The notes under the pieces: model-generated
What the model was told of the DNA's origin: nothing
Database searches by the model: none
Seen by the model: only the letters and a program-made list of their open reading frames with translations
Program-made: the position numbers and the translations under genes
Shown: positions 10,217-17,643 of the stretch, one piece after another
Numbering within the stretch: position 1 is the stretch's first letter
How the letters are laid out: each line of letters begins with the position of its first letter
From: Alphaproteobacteria bacterium
GTDB taxonomy: Bacteria; Pseudomonadota; Alphaproteobacteria; SMXS01
Reading direction: 5' to 3'
NCBI GenBank assembly: GCA_028284945.1
Contig: JANQQJ010000007.1
Coordinates: 37,498 to 61,497 of the forward strand
Length of the DNA stretch: 24,000 nucleotides

Positions 10217-11233
10217 CTATCGGCTGACCTGGACGTGCCAGGTTCCATTCTCGTCACTTTCATAGGAGATCTGGACATCAAGAAACCGGCGAATGACGTC
10301 GGAATTCGTCTCGAAATGCTGGCTAGGTCTGAGCATGGTGAAGCGGCCGCCAGCGCCGACCGCCATCGGGACCAGCAACTGGTCGGCAAGATGGTGACCA
10401 ACGGCCGCATCCGACTTCAAGAAGCGTTTGACTGTTTCGGCAAGACGCTCGCCGACCTTTTCTGCGGTCACGCCTGTCTGGCCGAAGCCGACAAACACCT
10501 CGTGCATGTTCTCGAATTCGAGCCGCACGATTACGGCATTGCCGGGACCAAGGGAAGAATAGCTCCTGACGTGAAGGTGTTCGTCCTCAATGCCGAGCCG
10601 CCGTTTGATCACAGCAAGTTCCCGTTCAGCGATCGTGCCCGGCAAATTCGAAACCATCGCTTCAGCGCTGATGCTCTTGAGGGAACCGCGCGACGTAAGA
10701 TCGAGCGTGTTCGTAAGCGTCGAGGGATGGATCTTGGCATTCCACTCACCACCCCCGGCCGGATAAAAACCGTGGGCGACAAGCTCCGTTTCCACCTCAA
10801 TCCCCGCCGTTGAAAGCGCCGCGAGGAAGCTCTCGGTAATCGCCTCATAGGAAGGCGCCGCCGGATTGTGCGTCCCGCCCTTGAGCACGAGATGGGAAAC
10901 GTCCTCGCAGGTCAGGAGCGCGGGCAATACTGTCTGGAAGACCAACCCAGTGCTGCCGGCCGTCCCAACCGCGAACTCATAGCTGCCGGCTTGCGGGTCG
11001 CCCGGCGTGAAAGTGAGGTCGCTGGAGCCCATTTCGGCCCCCTCCGTGTGTGCGCCGCAGATCTGCCGAGCCGCTTCGACACATGTCAGATGCTGGCGCA
11101 TCAGGCCCGGTCTCGCACGCTTGGCCCTGATCTTTTCGATGCGAAAAGGCTGACCCGTCGTCACGGAAAGGGTGAGGGCGGAGCGCAGAACCTGCCCGCC
11201 GCCTTCACCTTGGGAGCCGTCGATAACGATCAT
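10217..11233 (-). CDS. rtcA: RNA 3'-terminal phosphate cyclase
   Basis: 338 aa: MIVIDGSQGEGGGQVLRSALTLSVTTGQPFRIEKIRAKRARPGLMRQHLT..., the canonical RtcA N-terminus including the catalytic-His region. Lies directly downstream of rtcB. Confidence 0.92.
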   Translation of the reverse strand: MIVIDGSQGEGGGQVLRSALTLSVTTGQPFRIEKIRAKRARPGLMRQHLTCVEAARQICGAHTEGAEMGSSDLTFTPGDPQAGSYEFAVGTAGSTGLVFQTVLPALLTCEDVSHLVLKGGTHNPAAPSYEAITESFLAALSTAGIEVETELVAHGFYPAGGGEWNAKIHPSTLTNTLDLTSRGSLKSISAEAMVSNLPGTIAERELAVIKRRLGIEDEHLHVRSYSSLGPGNAVIVRLEFENMHEVFVGFGQTGVTAEKVGERLAETVKRFLKSDAAVGHHLADQLLVPMAVGAGGRFTMLRPSQHFETNSDVIRRFLDVQISYESDENGTWHVQVSR

Positions 11234-11245
11234 TTCTGGTACCCG

Positions 11246-12472
11246 TCAGCCCTTAACGCAGACAATCTGGCGAAGCGTATGGACGACCTCGACGAGATCC
11301 TTCTGTGCCTCCATGACCGCGTCGATGTCTTTGTAGGCCGACGGTGTCTCGTCAATGACACCTGCGTCCTTGCGGCATTCGACATGGGCCGTCGCCTGAA
11401 TATGTTCCTCAAGCGAGACGCGCTTCTTGGCCTCCCTCCGCGACATGACGCGGCCTGCCCCGTGAGAACAGGAATGAAAACTCTGCTCGTTTCCGAGCCC
11501 GCGCACAATGTAGGACCGGGCGCCCATGGAACCGGGGATGATGCCCATCGCCCCTTTCGCCGCCCGCACGGCACCTTTCCGGGTCACAAAGATGTTCTCC
11601 CCAAAATGGTTCTCACGAGTGACGTAGTTGTGGTGGCAGTTGACCGCTTCAACGTCGGCACCGAAGGGCTTGGCGATCACTTCGCGTGCCGCCTCTACAA
11701 GATGGCGCATCATCACCTGGCGATTGGCCATCGCAAATTTCTGTGCCCAGTCGACAGCCTCGACATAGTCGTCGAAGTGCTCGGTGCCTTCCGGAAAGTA
11801 GGAGAGGTCCTTGTCCGGCAGGTTGATGAACCACCGCTCCATATCCTTCTTGGCCAGTTCGATAAAGTGGCGTCCGATGGCGTTACCGACGCCGCGCGAC
11901 CCGGAATGCAGCATGAACCAGACCCGGTCCTCCTGATCGAGACAGACCTCTACAAAGTGGTTACCGGTACCCAGGGTTCCCAGGTGAACCAGATTGTTCG
12001 TTTTTGTCAGCCGCGGGTACTTGTCGGTGATGCGCTTGAACTGCTCGTCCAGGCCCTTCCATGCCTCGATGGTTGCCTGCGGCGGTTCGCCCCACGCGCC
12101 CTTGTCGCGTTTGCTGCCGCGGCTCTTGCTCATGCCGTGCGGAACAGCCTTCTCGATCGCCGTGCGAAGCGGCGACAGAGTATCCGGTAGGTCGGACGCA
12201 ACCAGAGTCGTACAGGCTGCCATCATGCCGCAGCCGATGTCGACTCCAACGGCCGCCGGAATGATTGCCGACTTGGTCGGTATGACGCTGCCGACGGTCG
12301 AACCGATCCCGACATGAACATCCGGCATGACCGCGAGGTGCTTGTAAATGAACGGCAGCCGGGCCGTTTTCTGCAGCTGCTCCTTGGCGCGCTCGTCAAC
12401 AGGAACGCCACGCGTCCACATCTTGATCGGCGCGCCGTTTTCACCCCGGATTACGTCAAATTCATCAGTCAT
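11246..12472 (-). CDS. rtcB: RNA-splicing ligase RtcB
   Basis: 408 aa from ATG 12472, with a GGAGG 9 nt upstream. Carries RtcB motifs PDVHVG, GVDIGCGM, GTLGTGNHF, HSGSRG, NCHHNY and SCSHGAGR. The longer ORF-track start (12556) would overlap a structured ncRNA. Confidence 0.93.
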   Translation of the reverse strand: MTDEFDVIRGENGAPIKMWTRGVPVDERAKEQLQKTARLPFIYKHLAVMPDVHVGIGSTVGSVIPTKSAIIPAAVGVDIGCGMMAACTTLVASDLPDTLSPLRTAIEKAVPHGMSKSRGSKRDKGAWGEPPQATIEAWKGLDEQFKRITDKYPRLTKTNNLVHLGTLGTGNHFVEVCLDQEDRVWFMLHSGSRGVGNAIGRHFIELAKKDMERWFINLPDKDLSYFPEGTEHFDDYVEAVDWAQKFAMANRQVMMRHLVEAAREVIAKPFGADVEAVNCHHNYVTRENHFGENIFVTRKGAVRAAKGAMGIIPGSMGARSYIVRGLGNEQSFHSCSHGAGRVMSRREAKKRVSLEEHIQATAHVECRKDAGVIDETPSAYKDIDAVMEAQKDLVEVVHTLRQIVCVKG

Positions 12473-12494
12473 CACTTCTTTTCCTCCAGACGAT

Positions 12495-12566
12495 GCCCTC
12501 GCGACAAGGTTTAGGTGAAACGCAGGTCGAAACAAACGATGTAGTTCCACCGACATTCGCGAGGGC
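12495..12566 (-). ncRNA. Y-RNA-like ncRNA, minimal module (third in the array, YrlB-like)
   Basis: A 10-bp perfect terminal stem GCCCUCGCGA/UCGCGAGGGC encloses AUGUC-GGUGGAA-CUACAUCG...UUUCACC-UAAACCUUG. The architecture and motifs match those of the YrlA-like RNA upstream. Confidence 0.6.
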
Positions 12567-12589
12567 CGTAATTCCCTTTCTCAACAGGC

Positions 12590-12702
12590 TGGGGACAAGG
12601 TAGTTGCAAGACATCTCTCCGTCTGCCGGGGCTTCCGGCAGGGGAGGCCGGACTCGAACCGGAGCTTTCGCTCTCCCAATGTAGTCCTGCAGGCATTCCC
12701 CA
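12590..12702 (-). ncRNA. Y-RNA-like ncRNA with T-arm-like hairpin (second in the array)
   Basis: Terminal stem UGGGGA/UCCCCA, then AUGCCU-GCAGGA-CUACAU and the partner strand UCUUGC-AACUACCUUG. Internal elements are GGGAG/CUCCC, a GNRA hairpin AGC-GAAA-GCU, the T-arm-like CCGG-UUCGAGU-CCGG and a 7-bp hairpin CUGCCGG/CCGGCAG. The terminal stem is weaker than in the other two modules. Confidence 0.5.
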
Positions 12703-12745
12703 TTTTCTTCTTTGGTTCTCGATTGTTTCCTCAAACAGAGGGTGT

Positions 12746-12885
12746 CGGTCGGGGCGACAAAGGTTGACGAAACGCTTCCCGCTCTACCGCTGAGCTACGG
12801 GCCCTCATGTTGGACCCGGCGGGATTCGAACCCGCGACCTGGCGATTATGGATCGATGTAGTTCCGTCCGCATTCGCCCCGACCG
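12746..12885 (-). ncRNA. yrlA: YrlA-like Y RNA with tRNA-mimic domain
   Basis: A 12-bp perfect terminal stem CGGUCGGGGCGA/UCGCCCCGACCG starts 13 nt after the rsr stop. The interior holds tRNA parts in permuted order: T arm GCGGG-UUCGAAU-CCCGC, acceptor 3' strand CGGGUCC, loop, acceptor 5' strand GGGCCCG, then D arm GCUC-AGCGGUA-GAGC. This matches the published description of bacterial YrlA RNAs next to rsr. Confidence 0.8.
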
Positions 12886-12898
12886 ATTCCTCTTCGTT

Positions 12899-14452
12899 CT
12901 AGACTTCAATCCTTTCAATTTCCTCAACCCAGTATTCGGCCGTGGTCTTGCCTTCAACGAACCCCGCGAGGGTCTTGAACACCGCATCGGAAAAACCGCC
13001 GACGTTCAGAACATCTTCACGGGCCTTGGCCTGCGTAGTGCCGTAAGGCGCGATGTCGATGCAGACAAGCTTCGCCTTCGGGTTACGGCACTTCAGCCTC
13101 TCCCACTCGGCCATCATGGCAGTCCCGCGACCGGAGGCTCGGTCCATCCAGGACTGGTTGTCCGATACGAAGACAACAAGGTCCGGTGCCTCCTTTCGCC
13201 TGTTCAGGACCGTAAGCGCCGCTGAACAGTTGGTGCCACCACCGCCATAAGCGGCCAGCTTGCCGGCATTGGTCATAACGCTATCGCGCGTGGACAACCG
13301 GGCCTCATGCACCCGGTCATCGAACGGCAGCACCATGGCCTGCCGGTTCTTCCGCAGGATCGCCGCCGCGACAAGCGCCGCAACGTCCACGAACCGAACC
13401 TTCGTCGAGGCGCCCTTGCGGTAGCCGGTGACCGGCCAGTTCATGGATCCCGAGACGTCGACACAGACCGCGACCGAGCCGTTGATCGCCGGGACGTTCT
13501 CGAGCGCGATCTCCATCGCGTCCTCAAGCGCCTGTCGAACAACCATCGGCACGCGCTCATCCGCCGCTGAATACGCCATCATCAGCTGATACGGCATGAC
13601 CCGCGCCCTGCGGATCGCTTCCGCGTCGGCAAGCTTTTCAGCAATCTTGCGATCCATCTTGCCGATCGTAAAAACGCCCTGACGAACAAAGGTGTTCAGG
13701 TTCATGCGCACCATCTGCCACCGGCCGCGCTCGGCGATCTTCGCCCAGTGCTTTTTCGACAGCGGCAGGGCGGTCAGCATCTGGAACGGCACATCCGGGA
13801 TTGCTCCCTGCCCCGTATCCTTGAAGCGGATGAAAACCTGCACCTCTGCCGGAAGCAGGTCAATGTCGGTTGGCTTGTCGATCAACCACGCGAAGAACGC
13901 ATTGCGTGCAGCGTCTTCCGCCTTCGGGTGGACCATCTTGATGACGTCGGCAATCGACGGCGACTGACCTACGGCTGCCTGCAACAGCATCCGGTCCGAG
14001 GCATTCACCAGCCAATGCTGGATCATCCGCTTCGGCCGCGTTCCCAGGGACTTGCGGCCCACCGCGCCCGACCGCATGATCTGCACAAACGTCCGCAGCA
14101 TCCGACCGTTGTCGATAACCCGATCAAAGGTACGGGCAAACAGCACCGGATCCTTGGTCGACAGGGCCGCCAGCAAGTAGGCCGGCGCATCCTTCATGTG
14201 ACCGTTCTTGCGCGCGTAGATCGCCGCCTGCGCAATAAACAGCGGTTCGACCTCGACTGCCGCGAGGTAGAGTTCCTCCGCCTGGAACGTCGCGTCTGCG
14301 TAGAACACGTCCGCGAAAGTTCCAGTGATCGCCAACTGCGCCAAAAGGTGGCGCGCATCGTGGGTGTAGGCGGGACCGCCCGCCCGGTTCCAGCTATTCG
14401 TCGCCGGGATCAGGCGGCCCCTCAACGACGCAAACACGGATTTGTTTGCCAT
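12899..14452 (-). CDS. rsr: Ro 60-kDa autoantigen ortholog (Rsr; TROVE plus vWA domains)
   Basis: 517 aa. The N-terminal TROVE-type region (NRAGGPAY...FYA...) is followed by a C-terminal vWA/MIDAS segment (VCVDVSGSM). Position between rtcR and the Y-like RNAs/rtcBA matches the Salmonella-type rsr-yrl-rtcBA operon. Confidence 0.92.
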   Translation of the reverse strand: MANKSVFASLRGRLIPATNSWNRAGGPAYTHDARHLLAQLAITGTFADVFYADATFQAEELYLAAVEVEPLFIAQAAIYARKNGHMKDAPAYLLAALSTKDPVLFARTFDRVIDNGRMLRTFVQIMRSGAVGRKSLGTRPKRMIQHWLVNASDRMLLQAAVGQSPSIADVIKMVHPKAEDAARNAFFAWLIDKPTDIDLLPAEVQVFIRFKDTGQGAIPDVPFQMLTALPLSKKHWAKIAERGRWQMVRMNLNTFVRQGVFTIGKMDRKIAEKLADAEAIRRARVMPYQLMMAYSAADERVPMVVRQALEDAMEIALENVPAINGSVAVCVDVSGSMNWPVTGYRKGASTKVRFVDVAALVAAAILRKNRQAMVLPFDDRVHEARLSTRDSVMTNAGKLAAYGGGGTNCSAALTVLNRRKEAPDLVVFVSDNQSWMDRASGRGTAMMAEWERLKCRNPKAKLVCIDIAPYGTTQAKAREDVLNVGGFSDAVFKTLAGFVEGKTTAEYWVEEIERIEV

Positions 14453-14625
14453 TTCTCTGCTCTCTTCTCTTCGTTCACGAGAACAGAGTGCCGTTAAGAA
14501 AGTTGCATTAGAACAAAAAATCTGATTTTCACTAAGTAACTGAAATTAATGACTAATACGATAATACGGCCTAGTTAGAACGGGTATTTTTGTATTATTA
14601 TCGATACTAATATATAACGTTATAT
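14453..14625. promoter_or_regulatory. AT-rich divergent control region between rsr and rtcR
   Basis: The region is conspicuously AT-rich in a GC-rich context. It holds inverted repeat CGATAATA (14559-14566) / TATTATCG (14596-14603). A 16-nt perfect palindrome TATATAACGTTATATA (14611-14626) abuts the rtcR ATG. A weak -24/-12-like element sits at 14478-14493. Confidence 0.45.
14478..14493 (-). promoter_or_regulatory. Weak candidate sigma54 (-24/-12) promoter for rsr-yrl-rtcBA
   Basis: Minus strand reads CGGCAC-TCTGT-TCTCG, against the consensus TGGCAC-N5-TTGCW. The -24 GGCAC is good, but the -12 lacks the GC dinucleotide. Position about 25-40 nt upstream of the rsr ATG is appropriate for an RtcR-dependent promoter. 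Confidence 0.25.
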
Positions 14626-16230
14626 ATGAGTAGGAAGACAGTTGCCGTTGGATTCGTTGGGACCGTCCTGGATGCCGGAAAGGCGTCGGACCGCTGGAAC
14701 CGCTGGCGGCCCACCGTTTCGCTCTGCCAGCATGGGGACCTGCTGATCGACCGCCTCGAACTGCTTCATGATCGTCGCGCGCTGAGTCTCGCTGAGCACT
14801 TGGTTTCCGATATCGCGCATGTCTCGCCGGAAACGGAAGTGTGTCTGCGCGAGGTAGCGATCCAAAACCCTTGGGATTTCGAGGAGGTCTACGAAAAACT
14901 GCAGGACTTCGCGCTTGCCTACCCATTCGATCTGGACGCCGAGAACTACCTCGTCCATCTGACGACCGGGACCCATGTTGCACAGATTTGCATGTTTCTC
15001 CTGACAGAGTCCCGCTACATCCCCGGGCGCCTATTGCAAACCGCGCCACCGCGAAAGCGCGAGCCGGGACCTGGTTCCTATTCAATCATCGATCTCGATC
15101 TCTCCAAATACGACCGGCTTGCACAGCGGTTCGAGACTGAATCGGAGAACGCGACCTCCTATCTGAAAGGGGGGGTCGAAACCCGGAATGCGGATTTCAA
15201 CGCCATGATCGAACGCATAGAGAGGGTTGCCATTCGATCCGGCGCGCCGTTGCTTCTGCTGGGCCCCACAGGTGCTGGCAAGTCAGCGCTCGCACGTCGC
15301 ATCTACGACCTTAAGAAGGCGCGTCATGTGGTTTCCGGCAGGTTCATCGACATCAATTGCGCCACCATAAAGGGTGAGCATGCGATGTCGTTCCTGTTCG
15401 GACACAGGCGAGGTTTCGCAGGCATGCCCACCGAACGCCGCGGCGTTCTTCGGGAGGCGGACAAGGGTGTCCTTTTCCTCGATGAAATCGACGAACTCGG
15501 TCTCGACGAACAGGCGATGATTCTGGATGCGGTAGAGCACGGAACGTTCTACCCGCAGGGGTCGGACCACGAAGTCACCAGCAGCTTCCAACTGATCGCC
15601 GGCGCCAACAAGGACCTGGCTGTCGAGGTTCGCGAGGGTCGCTTTCGCGCCGATCTCCTCGCGCGCCTCAATCTATGGACCTTCAAGCTTCCGGGCCTTG
15701 CAGAACGACCGGAAGACATAGAGCCGAACCTGGAGGTCGAGCTCCGCAAGCTGATGTCCCGGGGCGAAGACAAAATAGCGTTCGCCGCCAATGCGTGGCG
15801 GCGCTATGTAGCCTTTGCAACGGATCCGGCCAGTCGCTGGTCCGGCAACTTCCGGGATCTCAGCGCATCAGCCACGCGGCTCGCGACACTCGCGCCCCGT
15901 GGGCGTATTACCGTGGGGCTCGTCGATGAGGAGATCGAACGCCTCAAGACGCAATGGTCCGCCGGCGAATCGGACAGTGACTTCCGGTTGGTTGCCGATG
16001 TCATGGGGGAAGAGGCGGCAGCAGAACTGGACCGACTGGACGTGGTTCAACTAGCGGAGGTCATTCGGGTTTGCCGTCGGTCGGCTTCGATGAGTGCGGC
16101 GGGCAAGATTCTATTCGCCGCCTCAAGAACCCAGCGGAAAACCAAGAATGACTCAGACAGGGTCAAGAAGCTTTTGGAACGCTTTGGTCTGGAATGGACT
16201 TTGATCAAGGGCATAGAGGACGCATCATAA
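14626..16230 (+). CDS. rtcR: Sigma54-dependent transcriptional activator RtcR (CARF-like sensor, AAA+ domain, HTH)
   Basis: 534 aa. RtcR-type N-terminus (VAVGFVGTVLDAGK...RW.RWRPTV), then AAA+ Walker A GPTGAGKS, Walker B LFLDEIDEL, a sigma54-interaction region and a C-terminal HTH. Divergent from rsr. Confidence 0.92.
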   Translation: MSRKTVAVGFVGTVLDAGKASDRWNRWRPTVSLCQHGDLLIDRLELLHDRRALSLAEHLVSDIAHVSPETEVCLREVAIQNPWDFEEVYEKLQDFALAYPFDLDAENYLVHLTTGTHVAQICMFLLTESRYIPGRLLQTAPPRKREPGPGSYSIIDLDLSKYDRLAQRFETESENATSYLKGGVETRNADFNAMIERIERVAIRSGAPLLLLGPTGAGKSALARRIYDLKKARHVVSGRFIDINCATIKGEHAMSFLFGHRRGFAGMPTERRGVLREADKGVLFLDEIDELGLDEQAMILDAVEHGTFYPQGSDHEVTSSFQLIAGANKDLAVEVREGRFRADLLARLNLWTFKLPGLAERPEDIEPNLEVELRKLMSRGEDKIAFAANAWRRYVAFATDPASRWSGNFRDLSASATRLATLAPRGRITVGLVDEEIERLKTQWSAGESDSDFRLVADVMGEEAAAELDRLDVVQLAEVIRVCRRSASMSAAGKILFAASRTQRKTKNDSDRVKKLLERFGLEWTLIKGIEDAS

Positions 16231-16363
16231 GAAGCTGCGCACTCTTGCATGCGTGCTCGAGAGATCCGTTTCGCCTTGCTAGGAGCGCATTCTGGCTCTC
16301 AACAATTCTCCGCCAACAAACGCATCGGAATTTCCTTAAATAATTCAAAGGGTTATATTGGAA

Positions 16364-16576
16364 AGAGGTACCGAGAGTTCGATTCTCGCTCTCTCCGCCA
16401 CCTATAATCTATTGTTTTTATTGGTTTATTTTGATGTATAGCAAGCCGAAATAGCGCATACATTTCGGCACCTTACGACCCCCCGACTGCATACACCCTT
16501 CAAACAGAGAATTCTCCGCCCCGTTGCAGGGTAAGAATCTCCCCCAGTTTCTCTCCATCGGGATTCGTCGGTTCCC
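16364..16576. repeat. Direct repeat copy B: orphan tRNA-Ser 3' remnant (16364-16400) plus 176-bp flank
   Basis: AGAGGTACC-GAGAG-TTCGATT-CTCGC-TCTCTCC-G-CCA parallels the variable-arm end, T arm and acceptor 3' strand of the intact tRNA-Ser. No matching 5' half lies upstream. The flank is collinear with 9955-10130. Confidence 0.7.
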
Positions 16577-16629
16577 CTAATCACTGCAGCTAATATCCCC
16601 CATGTTACCGGAGCGTCCGGCCCACTGAC

Positions 16630-16721
16630 AGCAATCTGCGGACGGCCATGAAGGCCAACCGGCAACGATCACATACGGCATTCGGCAACATCACTCCTGC
16701 CGTGTTCGCTGCCATTAACTG
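16630..16721 (+). pseudogene. C-terminal remnant of a DDE (rve/IS3-like) transposase
   Basis: The frame reads ...SNLRTAMKANRQRSHTAFGNITPAVFAAIN*. This resembles the conserved C-terminal YN..RPHSALG..TP.EF tail of IS3/IS481-type transposases. No upstream catalytic domain is present. Confidence 0.45.
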
Positions 16722-16752
16722 ACTGGAAACGCAGGCCGCATGAGGCCAAAAA

Positions 16753-17055
16753 TCAACCAGGGAACTTTCCCTTGAACCGGACGGGAAAAGGGTCTCGGGT
16801 CATTGGGTGAGAAGCTGGCGTCTCACAGCCGACAGTGTGGGGGGATAGCTTCAGGCATCGCAGCATTGGCTCGACCGCAGATTCCCAGAGCATGAGCACG
16901 ATGATTCCGTTATAGGGGGTGCCGTTGAACCGAAGCGGCCTTGTGATCTGCCCTGCGGCGCGCTCGGCGTTCCATGGCTTGAGCCATGTACAAACACCGT
17001 TCTCCAAGTCGGTGACGATCTTGTCAGTTACACGGGTGTAAACATCAGCTTTCAT
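16753..17055 (-). pseudogene. ardC: Truncated antirestriction protein ArdC (N-terminal ssDNA-binding domain fragment only)
   Basis: An AAGGAG RBS and ATG 17055 give MKADVYTRVTDKIVTDLENGVCTWLKPWNAERAAGQITRPLRFNGTPYNGIIVLMLWESA. This matches the ArdC N-terminus for about 60 aa, then homology is lost (near 16870). Full-length ArdC is roughly three times longer. Confidence 0.6.
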
Positions 17056-17643
17056 TGCCTTTCTCCTTTTGGCTAATCGCGTTTGCGCTGTTGCTGCAAA
17101 CGGACTAGCCAAGCAGCAATGAGCGGGGGTTGGGCCGTCACAGGCCGGACGCGGGCAAAAGGGGATTACCCGGCCTGCACGACCCCAGACTGACAAAGGA
17201 AGGGGGAGGAAGGTCGGGGAACGCCCCGCAGACGCCCGGAGAGAAACGAACGGCCTGGCCTTGACGGCCAAGGGGCCACAGGCCCCAAAAAAAAGGGCAA
17301 AAAAGAAGCGCCAAGGGCCGTTCAACAGAGGCGGCGCAGCCGCCTAAATGCGCGAGGGATTGTCACCGAATGGCCGAGACCCTGCGCAGCAAAGCGCCGC
17401 AGGCGCGAGTAGAGCCCGGTTCGGCTACGCCGGACGCGCCCCCGACTTGATTCAAGAGAAGACGGGCGGTCGCTTCCAGGACATGGCCTTGAAGGCAGAA
17501 TGCTGTTGCCTTTGGGTGGTAGTCTATGTTGATTAATGCTTGGGAAGCACACGCATTGGTAGATGTGAAGAATTGGTTCGAGAAGTAAGGACCAAGATTA
17601 TGTCGTTCAGTAATACGTACATAAAACTAGTTTTGGAGATGTA

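Noticed and set aside
10868-12190. Long antisense ORFs. These are the 440 aa plus-strand ORF opposite rtcA/rtcB, 13748..14497(+) opposite rsr, 14546..15085(-) opposite rtcR, and the plus-strand ORFs at 285-1335, 2677-3249, 5583-6782 and 8854-9380.
   Set aside because: They are shadow ORFs of GC-rich coding DNA. Their composition is Arg/Pro/Ala/Gly-rich and low in complexity, they carry no recognisable motifs, and each is fully overlapped by a well-supported gene on the opposite strand.
12473-12556. The 28-codon N-terminal extension of rtcB in the ORF track
   Set aside because: The extension overlaps the third Y-like RNA stem-loop and has no RtcB homology. The internal ATG 12472 has a GGAGG at ideal spacing and gives the canonical 408-aa length.
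12780-12850. Minus-strand tRNA-like sequences (T arm GCGGG-TTCGAAT-CCCGC and D arm GCTC-AGCGGTA-GAGC) that could be mistaken for a tRNA gene
   Set aside because: The elements are in permuted order, with the T arm and acceptor 3' strand before the acceptor 5' strand and D arm. There is no anticodon arm, and the whole is enclosed by a 12-bp Y-RNA stem. It is the tRNA-mimic domain of a YrlA-like RNA, not a tRNA.
16282-16400. A possible second complete tRNA-Ser gene ending at the CCA at 16400
   Set aside because: Only the last ~37 nt (variable-arm end, T arm, acceptor 3' strand) are tRNA-like. No GGAGAGA acceptor 5' strand, D arm or anticodon arm can be found upstream at a workable distance. I treat it as an att-type remnant.
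17056-17643. An oriT, an ssDNA promoter (Frpo-like) or a small ORF upstream of the ardC fragment. The small-ORF candidates are 17348..17536(+) and 17322..17552(-).
   Set aside because: The small ORFs are Arg/Ser/Pro-rich with no RBS or motifs. The hairpins are short and I cannot match them to any known oriT or nick-site consensus from sequence alone.
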